From NCBI GenBank assembly GCA_963737655.1, contig CAVTTN010000002.1, forward strand, positions 1,216,001 to 1,280,000: 64,000 nucleotides of DNA, read 5' to 3'. The stretch comes from an uncultured Planctomycetota bacterium (GTDB lineage Bacteria; Planctomycetota; Planctomycetia; Isosphaerales; Isosphaeraceae). The notes beneath the pieces were generated by a model that was not told the DNA's origin, searched no databases, and saw only the letters and a list, made by a program, of their open reading frames with translations. The position numbers and the translations under genes are program-made. Positions 46,301 through 61,300 of the stretch are shown here, one piece after another (the first letter of the stretch is position 1; the number at the start of each line of letters is the position of its first letter).

Positions 46301-49300
46301 GACGGCGACTCGGGCGTGTGGATCGACACGGGCGGGACGACCGTCGGCGGGACGGCCTCGGGCGCCGGCAACGTGATCTCGGGCAACAGCGGCGATGGCG
46401 TCTACATCGACGCGTACGGCGTGGCGACGAACTTCGTCCTCGGCAACCTCATCGGGACCGACGCCACCGGCGCCTACGCCGTGGGCAACGCCGACGGGGT
46501 GGTCCTCGACAGCGGGGCGGACGACGTGATCGGCGGGACGGACGCCTCGGCGAGGAACATCATCTCGGGCAACCTCGGCGACGGCGTCCTGATCGAGGGC
46601 TCGGGGGCGTCGAACAACCTCGTGGCGGCGAACTTCATCGGGACCGACCGGAACGGGACCTCGGCCGTGCCCAACGGGGGATGGGGCGTCTTCATCGACG
46701 GGGGCTCCTCCGACACGATCGGCGGGATCGCCTCAGCGGGGCTCGACCCCGCCCACTCGGGCCCCCGCAACGTGATCTCGGGGAACCTCCGGGGCGGCGT
46801 GCTGGTCTCCGGCGATGGGTCCTACAACTCGCTGGTCGAGGGGAACTTCATCGGCGTCGATTCCTCGGGCCTGCTCGCCCTGCCCAACGACGGCTACGGC
46901 GTGTTCGTCGGTGACGCCATGGGCCAGGGCCTGGGCGGCACCACCTACGGCACGGCCCTGGAAGTGACCATCGGCGGGATCGCGGCCGGCTCGGGCAACG
47001 TGATCTCCGGCAACTCAGGGTGGGGCATCGCCCTCCTCGGCGACGGGTTCGCCTCCCAGGACCTGGTCGCCGGCAACCTCGTCGGCGTCGGCTCCGACGG
47101 CCAGACCCCCGTCCCCAACGGCACGAGCAGCCCCGGCGACTACGGCGGGATCGTCGCCTCGGGGAACTCGTTCAACTTGATCTCCGGCAACGTGATCTCC
47201 GGCAACGACGGGCCCGGCATCGAATTCAACAACCAGAGCGGCCTGGGCGAGTCCAACGACCTGATCCGAGGGAACGTCGTCGGGCTGGCCGGCGACGGCC
47301 TCTCCGCCGTGGCCAACACCGGCAACGGCATCCTCCTCGACCAGGTCTCCGGCGACACGATCGGCGGCACGGGCACCGGCGACGGCAACACGATCTCGGG
47401 CAACGGCGACCACGGGATCGAGATCACCGGGGGCCAGTCGCAGGACGACCTGATCCTGGGCAACACGATCGGCCTGGGCTCCGACGGCACCGCCCTGGGC
47501 AACGCCCACGGCGGGGTGTACCTCGGGGGCACCGCCTCGTTCAACACGATCGGCGGGACGGCCACCGGGTCCGCCAACGTGATCTCGGGCAACGGCGTCC
47601 TCAGCGGCTTCAACGGCGTGCTCCTCCTCAACGTCTCGCACAACGTCCTGCTCGGCAACCTGATCGGGACCGACCCGACCGGTACGCACGCGATCTCCAA
47701 CGGCGGGGACACCGTGACCGTCGCCGGGGGATCGGCGAACAACACGATCGGAGGGGACGTCGCCGGGGCCGGCAACACCATCGGCGGCCAGGTCACCCAG
47801 AGCCTCGCCGGCATCTGGGTCGGCGACTCCGGGACGACCGGCAACGTGATCGTCGGCAACCAGATCGGCCTGGTCGATTCCGCGACGCTCCCCGACTTCC
47901 AGTACGGCGTGTTCGTGAACACGGGGGCGACCGGGACGACGATCGGCGGGACCTCGGCCGCCGCCCGCAACGTGATCTCGAACAACGCGAACGCGGGCGT
48001 GGACGTCGAGGAGTCGGACGTGGCCGTCCTGGGCAACTACATCGGGCTCGACGCGACCGGGATGCTCGCCGTGCCCAACGGCTACTTCGGGGTGACCGTC
48101 GAGAACGGCGCCTCGGGGGTGACGATCGGCGGGACCGTCGCCGGCTCGGGCAACGTGATCTCCGGCAACACCAGCGAGAACATCTTCATCACCGGCCTCG
48201 GCACCACGGCCAACGCGGTCCTCGGCAACACGATCGGCCTGAACGTCGCCGGTGCCCCCCTGGGCAATGCGTACAGCGGGGTGTTCCTCGACACCGGGAC
48301 CTCGGGCACGACGATCGGCGGGACCTCGGCCGCCGCCCGCAACGTGATCTCGGGCAACAATAACGGCGTACACGTCTACGGCTCGTCGGACCTGATCCGG
48401 GGGAACTTCATCGGTACCTCGGCCGACGGCACCTCGGCCCCGGGCGGGCAGGACGACGGCATCGACCTCTTCGGCGCCGACAACACCGTGGGCGGGACCG
48501 TCTCCGGCGCCGGCAACGTGATCTCGGGGAACCTCACCGACGGCATCCAGATCGACAACCCGGCGATGGGCAACGTGATCGTGGGGAACCTGATCGGCCT
48601 GACGGCCGACGGCTCCGCCGCCCTGCCCAATAGCGTGGGCGTCTACTACCAGGACGCGGGCGGGAATAACGTCGTCGGGGGCACCGACCCGGCCTCGGCC
48701 AACACGATCTCGGGCAACGCCGCGGCCGGGGTCCAGTTCTATTCGCAGGTCAACGGCGGGTCGGCCCTCTGGCTCCAGGCCGAGGGCAATGGGAACGACA
48801 CCTATTTCGGCCACGACGCCACGGTCCTCGGCTCCGTCGGGTACGCCCCGAGCTACTCGGCCGACGCCGGCCAGGCGTTCTCGTTCGACGGCTCGGGCGA
48901 CGGGGCCGTCGAGGTCCCGTCGTTCCCGAACATCGGCACCGCGTTCTACGGCCAGTTCACCGTGGAGGCGTGGGTCCAGGTCAACGCCTCGGGCCAGGAC
49001 GCCACCATCCTCTCCAACGAAACGTACCCCGGGCCGAACGGCTTCGGCTACGCCCTCCGCCAGGACGCCGCCGACCACTTCGTCTTCGGCGTGGGGAACC
49101 TCGGGAGCGACCAGACGGTCGAGTCGAGCACCACGCTCGTCCCCGGGCAGTGGTACCACATCGTCGCGGTCGATACCTACTCCTATCTCAACCTGTACGT
49201 GGACGGCCAGGAGGACTCGGCGGCCCCGGCCTTCGGCATCGCCCCGAACACCACGAACCCGCTACGGATCGGCCTGGAGACCGACGGGACCGACCCCTTC

Positions 49301-52300
49301 AACGGCCAGATCGACGACGTGGCCGTGTACGACTACGCCCTCGTGACATCTGGGGTGGCGACCCTGGACGGCCCCCACGCGATCGACGTCCGCGGCGTGA
49401 ACCGGGTCCAGGGGAACCTGGTCGGCCCCGGGGCCCCGGCCGGCGCCCAGCCGATCGGCATCCAGGTCGGCAACTCGACGGACGTCCTCGTGGGCGGGAC
49501 GGCCCCCGGCGCCGGCAACGTGGTCGCGGGGAACGTCGATGGCATCGACGCCGACCAGATCGGCAGCAACGGCAACGTCGCGATCTTCGGCAACCTCGTC
49601 GGCCTCCTGGCCGACGGCGCGACCGTCCTGGGCAACACCGAGGCCGGCGTGAAGCTCGACGGCGCCGCCGACGTCCAGGTCGGCGGGACGGCCGCCGGCT
49701 CGGGCAACACGATCACAGGCAACGCCGCGGGCGTCCTGATCGTCGGGGGCGCGAGCAGCAACCTCGTCCGGGGCAACACGATCGGCCTGGACCTCGCCGG
49801 CAACGCGATCGGCAACACGGTCGCCGGGGTGGAGATCACCTCGGGCGATCAGAACACGATCGGAGGGACGGCCCCGGGCTCGGCCAACGTGATCGCCGGG
49901 TACGGCTCGGCGACTGCCGACGGCGTCCTGATCGACGGCCAGAACGCGGGCCAGAACCTCGTGGCCGGGAACTTCGTCGGCACCGACGCCTCGGGCGACG
50001 GCAACCTGGGCCTGGGCGGCGACGGCATCCACGTCGCCGGGGGGGCCTCGGACAACTCGATCTCGGGCAACGTCGTCGGGTCCAACGGGAACTATGGCAT
50101 CCGGGTCTCGGGGATCAATGTCTCCGTCAACCAGGGGATGCAGCAGTTCAACGACGGCGACGTCACCGACGACGCCACCTTCCTCGCCGACCACGCCAAC
50201 GACCGACAGCCCTTCAATTCCCTGGTCGATCCCTTCGGCGGGTCGATCGACCTGGACTTCGGGACCATCCCGTCGGACTTCGGCTTCGGCTACGTGAACT
50301 TCGGGCTGTACGACCTCCAGGAGGGGACCGCCGGCCGGGGGATCTCCGAGGTCGACCTCGACGGCGTCCCGCAGTCCTTCGGCACCGCCGGCCCCGGCTT
50401 CGCGGGCGAGGTCCAGACGGGCTTCTTCGTCTATCTCGACCCGGCGGTCGTCGCCCAGAACCACGGCCTGGCCCTGATCCACATCGTGTTCCAGGCCGAT
50501 GCCCCGGGCGACGCGGGGGTGGGGATCGACTACGCCTATTTCCACGTCGAGGCGGTCTCCCGGGGCACGCTGATCGCCGGCAATGACGTGGGGATCGGGC
50601 CCGGGGGCCAGGACCTGGGCAACAGCTTGGGCGGGATCGACCTGGACGGCTCCGGCCAGGCCACGATCGGCGGGAGCTCGCTCGACGGCACGGGCAACGT
50701 CGTGGCGTTCAACGGGGGGGACGGCATCGACGTCGTCAACTCGTCCTTCGGCGGCATCCTGATCGCCGGCAACGACGTCGGCACCGACCCGTCGATCACG
50801 GCCGTGGAGGGCAACAGCGGGGACGGCATCCTGGTCTCCAACTCCTATCAGGTCACCATCGGCGGCACGAACGCGGGCCAGGGCAACGTCATCGCGGCCA
50901 ACGGCGCGGACGGCATCGACCTCGAAGTCAACGCCAGCGATAACCTGATCGTCGGCAATACGATCGGGGCGCCCGGCGGCCTGGGGAACTTCGGCGACGG
51001 CGTGGAGATCGCCGGCGGCGCGAGCGGCAACACCGTCGGCGGCTCCCAGGCCATCGGCGACCCGAACCCGGGGTCGAGGAACGTCATCGGAGGCAACTTC
51101 GGCGCCGGGGTGAACATCCACGGCGACGGTGTCTTCCTCAGCGGCAACCTGGTCGTCGGCAACTACATCGGCACCACCGCCGACGGCCTCTCGGCCGACC
51201 CGAATCAAGGCTCGGGCGTCTCCCTCGGCGACGGCGGCTTCGCGACCTACGAGAACACGATCGGGGGCGCCGGGGCCGGCAACCTGATCTCGGGGAACTC
51301 CGGAGACGGCGTGTACCTGAACGCCGCCGAGTTCACGACGATCCAGGGCAACTGGATCGGCCTGGACGCCACCGGGGCCGCGGCCCTGGGCAACGGCGGA
51401 TTCGGCGTGGACCTCCAGAATTCCCAGGCCGCCCAGGTCGGCGGGTCGCGGGCCTCGGGCCAGGGCAACGTGATCTCGGGCCAGGCGTCGGGCCCCGGCA
51501 TCTACGTCTTCGGCGCCTATGGCCAGGGCGACGGCCCGGAGATCCAGGGGAACCTGATCGGCACCGACTCCGCCGGCCTGGCCGCCCTCCCGAACGCCTC
51601 CGGGGTGGAGATCCAGGCCGACCACGTGTCGATCGGCGGCGGCTCTCGCGACCTCGGGAACCTGATCTCGGGCAACACCGGCGACGGCATCGATTTGGAC
51701 GGCAACTCCGACTGGATCGCCGGCAACAACATCGGCACATTCGCTGACGGGACCGGCTCCCTGCCCAACCAGTACGGGATCTACGAGACGGGCCTGGGCA
51801 CCGGCAGCACCATCGGCGGGGTGGCGGCCCCGGGCCTGGACGACGCCTCCTCCGGCCCTCGCAACGTGATCTCCGGCAACCTCGCCGCGGGGATCGTCCT
51901 GGAGGTCGGCACCCTGGTCGAGGGGAACTACGTCGGCCTGGCCTCCGACGGCATCACCGCCGACCCCAACGCCCTCCAAACCTTCGAGGGCGGGATCCTC
52001 ATCAAGGACTCCCTGGCCGGCGGCAACACGATCGGCGGCGGGTCGATCGACACGGCCAACGCCATCTCCGGCAACGACGGCCCGGGGATCTCCCTGATCG
52101 GCCCGGGGGCGTCCCCCAACGTGATCCAGGGCAACATCATCGGCCTGAACGCCACCGGCCTGGGCCTCATCCCGGGGACCGTCGCCTGGTTCCGGGCCGA
52201 GGGGGACGCCACCGACGTCGTCACCGGCCAGGCCGGGACGATCGGCCAGGGCACGACCTTCGCCAACGGCGAGGTCGGCCAGGCGTTCCAGTTCGACGGC

Positions 52301-55300
52301 TCCCCCGACGCGGGGATCACCTTCCCCGACTCCCCCGACCTCCAGCTCACCGAGCTGACGATCGAGGGCTGGATCGAGCTGAACTCGGCCCCCACCACCG
52401 CCGCCGACTACCTGATCGTCACCAAGGGGCTGACCTTCGGCGAGGGCGAGAACTACGGCCTGTACGTCCACAACACCGGCTCGTCCCTGGAACTCCTCCT
52501 GGAGTGGACCAACGGGGCGACCTACCAGGCCGTCTCCTCCGGGGCCGGCCTGACCCTCAACTCCCTCGAACACGTCGCGGTGACCGTCGACGGCTCCACG
52601 ATCAATTTCTACGTCAACGGCGCGCTCGTCTCGTCCTCCTCGCAGTCGGCCGCGCTGCTGCCGACCCCGGGCGTCCTGGAGATCGGGGCCACGCACTCCG
52701 GGTACGCGAACTACTTCGACGGCCTGATCGACGAGCTGGCCCTGTACAACCGCCCGCTGTCCGACGCCGAGATCGATTCGATCTACCTCGACGGCTCGGT
52801 CGGCAAGCCCGTCGCCCCGACCGCCTCGGCCCCCAACACGGGCGACGGGATCATCGTCCAGGGCTGGTCGGGCAACACCGTCGGAGGCGACACGGCCGGG
52901 GCCGGCAACACGGTCTCGGGCAACGCCCAGAACGGCGTGGTCTTCTTCAACGCCTCGGGCTCGGTCGTCCAGGGCAACCGGATCGGCCTGGACGGCTCGG
53001 GCCAGGCGGCCTCCGGCAACACCTTCGCCGGCATCTACCTCGGGACCAGCTCGGGCAACACCATCGGCGGGACCGCCGCCGGGGCCCGCAACATCGTCTC
53101 GGCCAACGGCACCTGGGGGATCGTCCTCGACTACGCCTCCGGCTCGAACCTCGTGGCCGGCAACTGGGCCGGGACCGACTCCACGGGGGCGGCGGCCCTC
53201 GGGAACGTCCAGAGCGGGATCGCCCTGCTCAACGGGTCGTCGAGCAACACGATCTCCGGCAACGTCTCCTCGGGCAACGGCCAGGACGGGATCAGCCTGT
53301 TCGGGGCATCGGCCTCGAACCACGACGTCGCCTCGAACCTGATCGTCGGCAACGTCGTCGGCCTGAACGCCACCGGCACCGCCGCCCTGCCCAACGTCGA
53401 TCAGGGCCTCTACGTCAGCTATTCCGACGCCACCACGATCGGCGGGGCGAACGTCGGCGACGGCAACACGATCTCGGGCAACGCCGGCGACGGCCTGATC
53501 CTCTTCGGCGACTCGGCGACCCTGGTCCAGGGGAACTGGATCGGCCTGGACCATTCCGGCTCGGCCGCGATCGGCAACGCCTTCGTCGGGATCAGCGTGA
53601 CCGAAGGCTCGACGAACACGACGATCTCCGGCAACGTCATCTCGGGCAACGGCACCGACGGGATCGGCCTGGCCGGGGCCTCCGCCGCGGACCGCGACAT
53701 CCTGGGCACCCTGATCGTGGCGAACGTCCTGGGCCTCTCGGCCGACGGCGAGGTCGCCCTGGGCAACGGGTACAGCGGGGTCTGGGCCTCCGACTCCGAG
53801 GGCACGACCATCGGCGGGACCGCCGGGCTGGGCAACACGGTCTCGGGCAACGGGATCTACGGGATCGGCCTCGACGGCTCCGGCACGACGCTCGTCCAGG
53901 GCAACTGGGTCGGGCTGGACGGCTCCGGGACGACCGGCCTGGGCAACAACATCGCCGGGATCGTCGTCCTGGACGGGGCGACCGGCACCACGATCACCGG
54001 CAACGTCGCCTCCGGCAGCCACAACCTCTCCGGGATCGATATCGACAGCTCCCCCGGGACCCTGGTCCTCGGCAACCGGGCCGGGACCACGGCCTCGGGC
54101 GATTCCGCCGTCCCGAACGCAGGGTCCGGCATCAGCGTCGCGAACTCCGACGGCGTGACCATCTGCGGCAACCTGGCCTCGGGCAATGCCTTCGCCGGGA
54201 TCGACCTGAATGACGCGAACGGGGCGATCGTCGCCGGGAACCTCATCGGGACCAACGTCGGCGGTACGTTCGCCGTGCCCAACGCCTACGATGGCATCTA
54301 CCTCGAGAACAACTCGGCGAACACGACGATCGGCGGGCCGACGGCGGCGGACCGCAACGTCATCTCCGGCAACGGCCGGGACGGCGTCCGCCTGGTGGGC
54401 GTGGGAATCACCGACACCCTGGTGCTCAACGACGCCATCGGCACGGCGGCGGATGGATTCTATGCCGTGGCCAACGGCGGGGACGGCATCGACATCCTGT
54501 ACGGGGCGGCCCTCAACACCATCACCGGAGTGACGGCCTCGGGCAACGGCAACGACGGCGTCGAGATCGACGCCAGCGGCTCCAACGTCGTCCAGGGGAG
54601 CTTCCTCGGCACCGACCCGACCGGCACCTACGCCATCCCCAACGGCGCCGGGGTGAACATCCACGACGGGGCCACGAACAACCTCGTCGGCGCCGACGGC
54701 TCAGGCGCCGCCGACCTCGCGGCCCGAAACGTCATCGCGGGCAACGCCGGCGATGGCGTTCAGATCACGGGCGCGGGAAGTACCGGCAACGTGGTCGCGG
54801 GCAACGACATCGGCGTCGTTACGCAAGTCCGCTATGGGGCCGCGCTCTCGACACCAGCTTCAACGGCACCGGCTACGTCGTCGCCGACATCACGCATCCG
54901 TACGACAACTATGCCACGTCCGTAGTGCCACTGGCCGACGGGTCGGTGATCGTCGTGGGTTACAGTCCCTACGGGTCCGGCGACTTCGAGATGGTGAAGT
55001 ACAAAGCCGACGGCTCGCTCGATGCCAGCTTCGGCGTCAACGGCTACGTTGAGACGGACTTCGGGCCGGCCGTTGGCGGGGGCCAGACCGGCGACATCGC
55101 TCACTCGGCTCTCTTGCAGCCCAACGGCGAGATCGTGCTGGTTGGTACCGCGGCGTACGGGATCAATAGCATCCCTCACATGACGCTCGCCCGCTACGAC
55201 ACGACCACCGGGGCGCTGGATGCCGGCTTCGGCACGGGCGGGCGGGTCGTCATCCCGAACCTCGTCCCTCCCGGCGGCACCTACGGCGGCGAGCAAGCCT

Positions 55301-58300
55301 TTGCCGACTTCCTTCAGCCGGACGGCAAGATCGTCGTGGCCGGCATTGGGGACACCGGAAAATTCGCCCTCGTGCGCGTCAATGCCGACGGCAGCATCGA
55401 CACCAGCTTCGGCCCCAACGGCACGGGCTGGGTCACGACGCAGGTAAGCAACAGCTGGGCCGTGGTCGAAGCCCTCGGCATGCAGTCGAACGGCGACCTG
55501 GTCGCGGTCGGCTACGCCAACGGCGCGGGTGCCGGCTCGATCGCCCTGGCCCGCTACACCGCCGACGGCCTCCTCGACACGACGTTTGGACAGTCCGGTA
55601 TCGTGATTACCGACCTCGGCGGCGGCGTGCGTAGCGTGGGCACCGGAATCGCGATCCAACCCGACGATTCGATTGTGCTGAGTGCTTATGCCAACAACAG
55701 CCCGACCGACAGCGGCATCGTGGCGCGCTACACGGCTAACGGCACCCTCGACGATACCTTCGGCACGAACGGCATCGTCACCCTGGCGGGAAGCGATGCG
55801 ATTCGGGTCGCCCTGACACCGGGCGGCAAGTTGCTGATCGGCCAAGACATCAACGAATCCGCGATCGTCTATCACTTCGGGCTGACGCAACTCAACGGCG
55901 ACGGCAGCGTCGATTCCTCCTTCGGCACCAACGGCCAGGTGGAACTGAACTTCGGGGGCGGGCAAGAACAACTGTTCGACATGACCGTGTTGCCCGACGG
56001 CCAGGTTTACCTTGTGGGTGAAACGAACGCGACGGGCAACGAAGCGTTCGTGACCGCCCGCGTCGGCTCCAGCGTCACGACCGCCGTGGGCAATGCCAAC
56101 GGCGTGGTGATCGAAAGCGGGGCAAGCGGCAACACCATCGGCGGGACGGTCGCCGGGGCCGGCAACCTGATCTCGGGCAATCTCGCCGACGGGGTGGAGA
56201 TCGCCTCCGGGGCGGGCGACGGCAACCTGATCGCCGGGAACATCGTCGGCCTGAACGCCACCTCCGACGCCGCGATCGAGAACCATTACGACGGCATCGC
56301 CGTCGGCAGCAACAACAACACGATCGGCGGCACCGTCCTCGCCGCCCGGAACGTGGTCGCCGGCAACGCCCTCCACTGGGGCGTCTACGTCGGCGGCGGC
56401 TCCGGCAACGTGATCGTCGGCAATTACGTCGGCCTGACCCCGGCGGGCCTGGCCTTCGGCAACGTCGATGGCATCTACCTCCAGGGGCTCGACCAATACG
56501 ACCATCGGCGGCACCGACCCGAGCCAGAGGAACTTCATCGGCCGCAACGGCGACGGGATCGTCCTGGACCACGCGACCGGCAACCGGGTCCTCGGCAATT
56601 TCCTCGGCACGAACCTGGCCGGCACCGGCAGCGGCATCGTCTACCGCAACGGCAACAACGGCATCAACATCTTCGGAGGCGGCGGCAATACCATCGGCGG
56701 CACCGCCTCCGGCTCGGGCAACCTGATCTCGGGCAACGTCGAGGCGGGCGTCCTGATCGCGGTCTCATCTTCGGGCAACATCGTCCTCGGGAACCTCATC
56801 GGCACCGACACGCTCGGCGGGACCGCGCTGCCCAACGGGACGGGCGTCGAGATCGACGACTCCTCGAACAACACCATCGGCGGGACGATCTCCGGGTCGA
56901 TGAACCTGATCTCCGGCAACGCCGGGCCGGGCATCCTCCTGAAGAAGACCACCGCCAACTCCGCCGACCTGATCGTCGGCAACCGGATCGGGACGAACCT
57001 GGCGGGGACCTCGGCCGTGCCCAACGGAGGGGCGGGCATCCAGACGTCGCAATCCGGCGGCGCCACGATCGGCGGGATCGCCGCCGGCGCCGGCAACCTG
57101 ATCTCCGGCAACGTCGGCGACGGGCTCTATTTCGACTTCGCAGCCCCGGCCACCGGCAACCTCGCCCAGGGCAACACGATCGGCCTGAACGTCTCCGGGG
57201 CCGCGCTGGCAAATCACGGCGACGGCATCGACGTCAGCGGCTTCAACAACAACACGATCGGCGGGACGGTCGCCGGCTCGGGCAACATCATCTCGGGCAA
57301 CCTCGGATTGCAAATCCTCCTGGCCTCGACCGGGAACATCGTCCAGGGCAACGTGATCGACCTGAACCCGGGCGGAACGGCGGCCCTTTCGCTGACCGGG
57401 ATCAAGATCACCGGGTCGAAGAACACCGTGGGCGGGTCGGGGGCCGGCTCGGGCAACCTGATCGGCGGAGGGGTGGACGTCTCCGGGGGCTCGGCCACGC
57501 TGAACGTCGTGGCCGGCAACTCGATCGGGATGAACGCGGCGGGGACCGTGGCCCTGGGAGGCCCCGACGGGATCGTCGTCGAGAACGGGGCCAGCGGCAA
57601 CACCATCGGCGGGATCGCGGGCAACATCGTGGTCGTCACCGGGGGCGGCGGACTGGTCGGCGGGATCGTCCTGACCGACTCGGCGACCACCGGCAACGTC
57701 GTCGCCGGCAACCTCGTGGGCCTCACGCCCGACGGCAAGCACCTGCTCGGCACGCCTCGCAACGGCATCCTCATCGCTTCCGCCCAGAACAACACGATCG
57801 GCGGGACCACCGCGGCGGCCCGCAACCTGGTGGACGGGGCCCAGTATGGGATCGACGTCTTCGGGTCGGCCTCCGCGAACGTGGTCGAGGGGAACTACGT
57901 CGGCACGGACATCTCGGGGACGATCAGCCTGGGCAACGCTTACGGGATCACCGTCGCGGGGTCGAACAACACCATCGGCGGGACCGTCGCCGGCTCCGCC
58001 AACGTGATCTCGGGCAACTCGCTCTCGGGGACGAGCGACCAGGGTTACGGCCTCGCGGTCGGCGGATCGAACACCCTGGTCGTCGGCAACTTCATCGGCG
58101 TGGGGGCCGACGGCCACACGGCCGTTCCCAACCCGGTGGCCGGGGTGGTCGTCTCGGGATATTCCGCGACGATCGGCGGGACCTCGGCCGGGGCCCGCAA
58201 CGTGATCTCGGGCAACACCAACGAGGGCGTGTACGTCGCCTCGGGCTCCGCCGGCACCAGTATCCTCGGCAACTTCATCGGGGTCGATTCCTCCGGGACC

Positions 58301-61300
58301 GCCGCCGCTCCGAACCACATCGGCGTGCTCGTCCGCGACGCCTCCAACGCGACGATCGGCGGGACGGCCGTCGGCGCCGGCAACGTGATCTCGGGGAACT
58401 CCACGGGCGTCGAGATCGACGGCTCATCCTCGTCCGTCGCCGTCCTCGGCAACCTGATCGGCACCGACATGACGGGCCAGGCCCGGCCCTCGGGGGCCGT
58501 CCAGTCCCTCGGCGTGTTCGTCGGCCCGGCATACTACGGCGGGACGCCCTCGAACAACTCGATCGGCGCCTCGGCGTCCGGCTCGCGGAACGTGATCGCC
58601 GGGAATTCGGGCGATGGCGTCCTGCTCGCCTCCGGGTCGATTGGTACGACCCTCGCCGGCAATTACATCGGCACCGACATCACCGGCGGGACGCCCCTGG
58701 GCAACTCGATCGGCGTGAGCGTGGCGTCGGGTTCGAACGTGATCGGCGGGTCCGTGTTCGGCTCTCGCAACGTGATCTCGGGCAACTCGGCCACCGGCAT
58801 CGCCCTGGGCGGGGCCTCGGCGGCGTCCAACGTGATCCTGGGCAACTACATCGGGCTGGATGCCTCGGGCACCCAGCCCCTGGGCAACTCGGTCGGCGTG
58901 GCGGTGGGGGATTCGGCGAATTCCTTGACCGCGTCGAACAACACCGTCGGCGGAACCGCCTTCGCCGCTCGCAATATCATCTCGGGCAACGCGTCCGACG
59001 GCGTGGACCTCTTCGGCAGCGGCAACGTCGTCGAGGGCAACTATATCGGCACCGACGCCTCCGGCTCCAGCGCCCGGGGGAACGCCGGGGCGGGTGTTCA
59101 TCTGTTTTCGTCGGCCTCCGCTATCAGCACCGGCAACACCATCGGCGGCGGCGCGAAGAACGTGATCTCGGCGAACTCGGGGGATGGGATCCAGCTCTCC
59201 GGCGGGTCGGGGACCGTGGTCCAGACGAACTTCATCGGCACCGACGTCATCGGGACGACCCCCCTGGGCAATCTCGGCAGCGGCGTGAAGGCCGTGGGCG
59301 TCGACCCGACGACCTCGATCGGCTCGACCGTCTCCGGGGGCCCGAACCTGATCGCCTACAACGGCTCGACGGCCTCGGGCGTGACGGCGGGCGTCCTGAC
59401 CACCGGCGGCTCGGGGATCGTGATCCGGGACAACTCGTTCCACGACAACGTGGGGCTCGGGATCGACCTGGGAGGCGACGGCGTGACCCCCAGCGGCCTG
59501 ACGATCTCGTCGGCCAGTTCCTCGGGCGGTTCGAGCACCATCGGCGGGACGCTCTCGGGCGGGGCGCCCAACACGCTCTACGCGATCGACATCTACACGA
59601 TGACCGGCACCGATCCCTCGGGCTATGGCGAGGGCACGGGGTTCCTCGGCACGAAGGTCGTGACGACCAACGGCAGCGGCTCCGTGACGTTCTCGGCCGT
59701 GCTGCCGGTCCCTCTGCCGAGTCATGCGGTGATCACGGCGGAGGCGACGAACCTGAACGGCGGCGGCTCGACCGAGTTCGCCCACAACCTCGGCGGAGAC
59801 CGCCCGCCGGTGGCCGTCGCCGGCTCGTCGTTCTCGGTCCAGGCGGGGACGACCGTCACGCTCGACGGGACCGGGTCGAGCGACCCGGACAACGACCCCC
59901 TGACGTATTCCTGGAACTTCGGCGACGGCTCGACGGCCACCGGCTCGAAGCCGACCCACGCCTTCACGACGCCCGGGACGTTCAAGGTCACCCTGACGGT
60001 CAACGACGGCTTCGGGCTGACCTCCTCGGCCACGCTCTCGGCGACCGTGACCAACGCGGCGCCCACGTTTGCCAGCAACGGCTACTCGGCGTCTCAGACG
60101 ATCTCCTCGGGGACGTCGTCGGGACGGTTCGGCACGTCGGTGGCGACGTTCACCAGCGGCGATTATGCCGTGGGCGCCCCGGGCGACGGCACGGTCACCC
60201 TCTATTACACGGATGCCAAGGGCAACGCGCAGGTCCTGACGCTGTCCGACCCGGACGGCCAGCCCTCGACCGACGGGTTCGGCCAGGCGATCGCCGCCCT
60301 GGATAGCTCCTTGCTGATCGTCGGTGCGCCGACCGACGCGACCTCGGGGGCCGGCAACGGGGCGGCGTTCCTGTTCGACGCCAACTCGGAGAGCCCGACG
60401 TTCGGCCAGCTCCTCGGGACGTTCCGGCCGTCGGTGGCCTCGGGCGAAACGAACATCGCCTTCGGGGCGGCGGTGGCGTCGTTCGGGACCGAGGTAGTCG
60501 TCGGCGCCCCGGGCAAGACCGGCGGCGCCGGGGCGGCGTATGTGTTCAACGCCGACCCGACCTCCGCCTCGTTCGGCACGATGGCCCTCCCGGCGATCCT
60601 CGACCCGACGGCCAACCCCGGCGACGGCTTCGGCACGGCGGTCGTGGGGATCGGCACCGACCTGGCCATCTCGGCGCCCAACGCCAGCGGGCTCGTCAAC
60701 GGGATCCCCCGGCCGCATACCGGGGTCGTTTACGCATTCGACGCGACCGGGGCGCAGGTCGGCTCGCCGACGGCGGACCCGGACGCCGGGCTCGGCAACA
60801 ACGCCCCCCTGTTCGGTCAGAGCCTCACGACGATCAACAACGACCTGGTCGTCGGCGCCCCGGGGACCGTGAACAACGGGACGACCTCCGGGGCCGTGTA
60901 CCTCTTCGACCTGCTCGGCACCGGCCTGAAGCTGGCGAAGTTCCTCAGCCCGGTCTCGGAGCTCAACGGTGCCGGGTTCGGGTCGGCCCTGGCGAGCACC
61001 GGGACGGAGCTGCTGATCGGGGCGCCGAAATCCAGCCTGGGAGACGGCCAGGCCGGGGCGGCGTACCTGTATGACGTGACGATCGATGCGTCGAACGTCA
61101 CGCATTCGACGTTCCGGGGGGCCGTCCAGGCTCCGTCGCCGGCTCCGGGAGACGGCTTCGGGACGGGCCTCGGGTTCGTCGGCTCGACGATCGTGGCCGG
61201 GGCCCCGGGGTCGCTCTCGGCCCCGGGCCGGGCCTTCATCCTGCCCGCCAGCTCGCCCCTGACGGTCAACGCCATGAGCGTGGGCGAAACCCCCGCCGGG

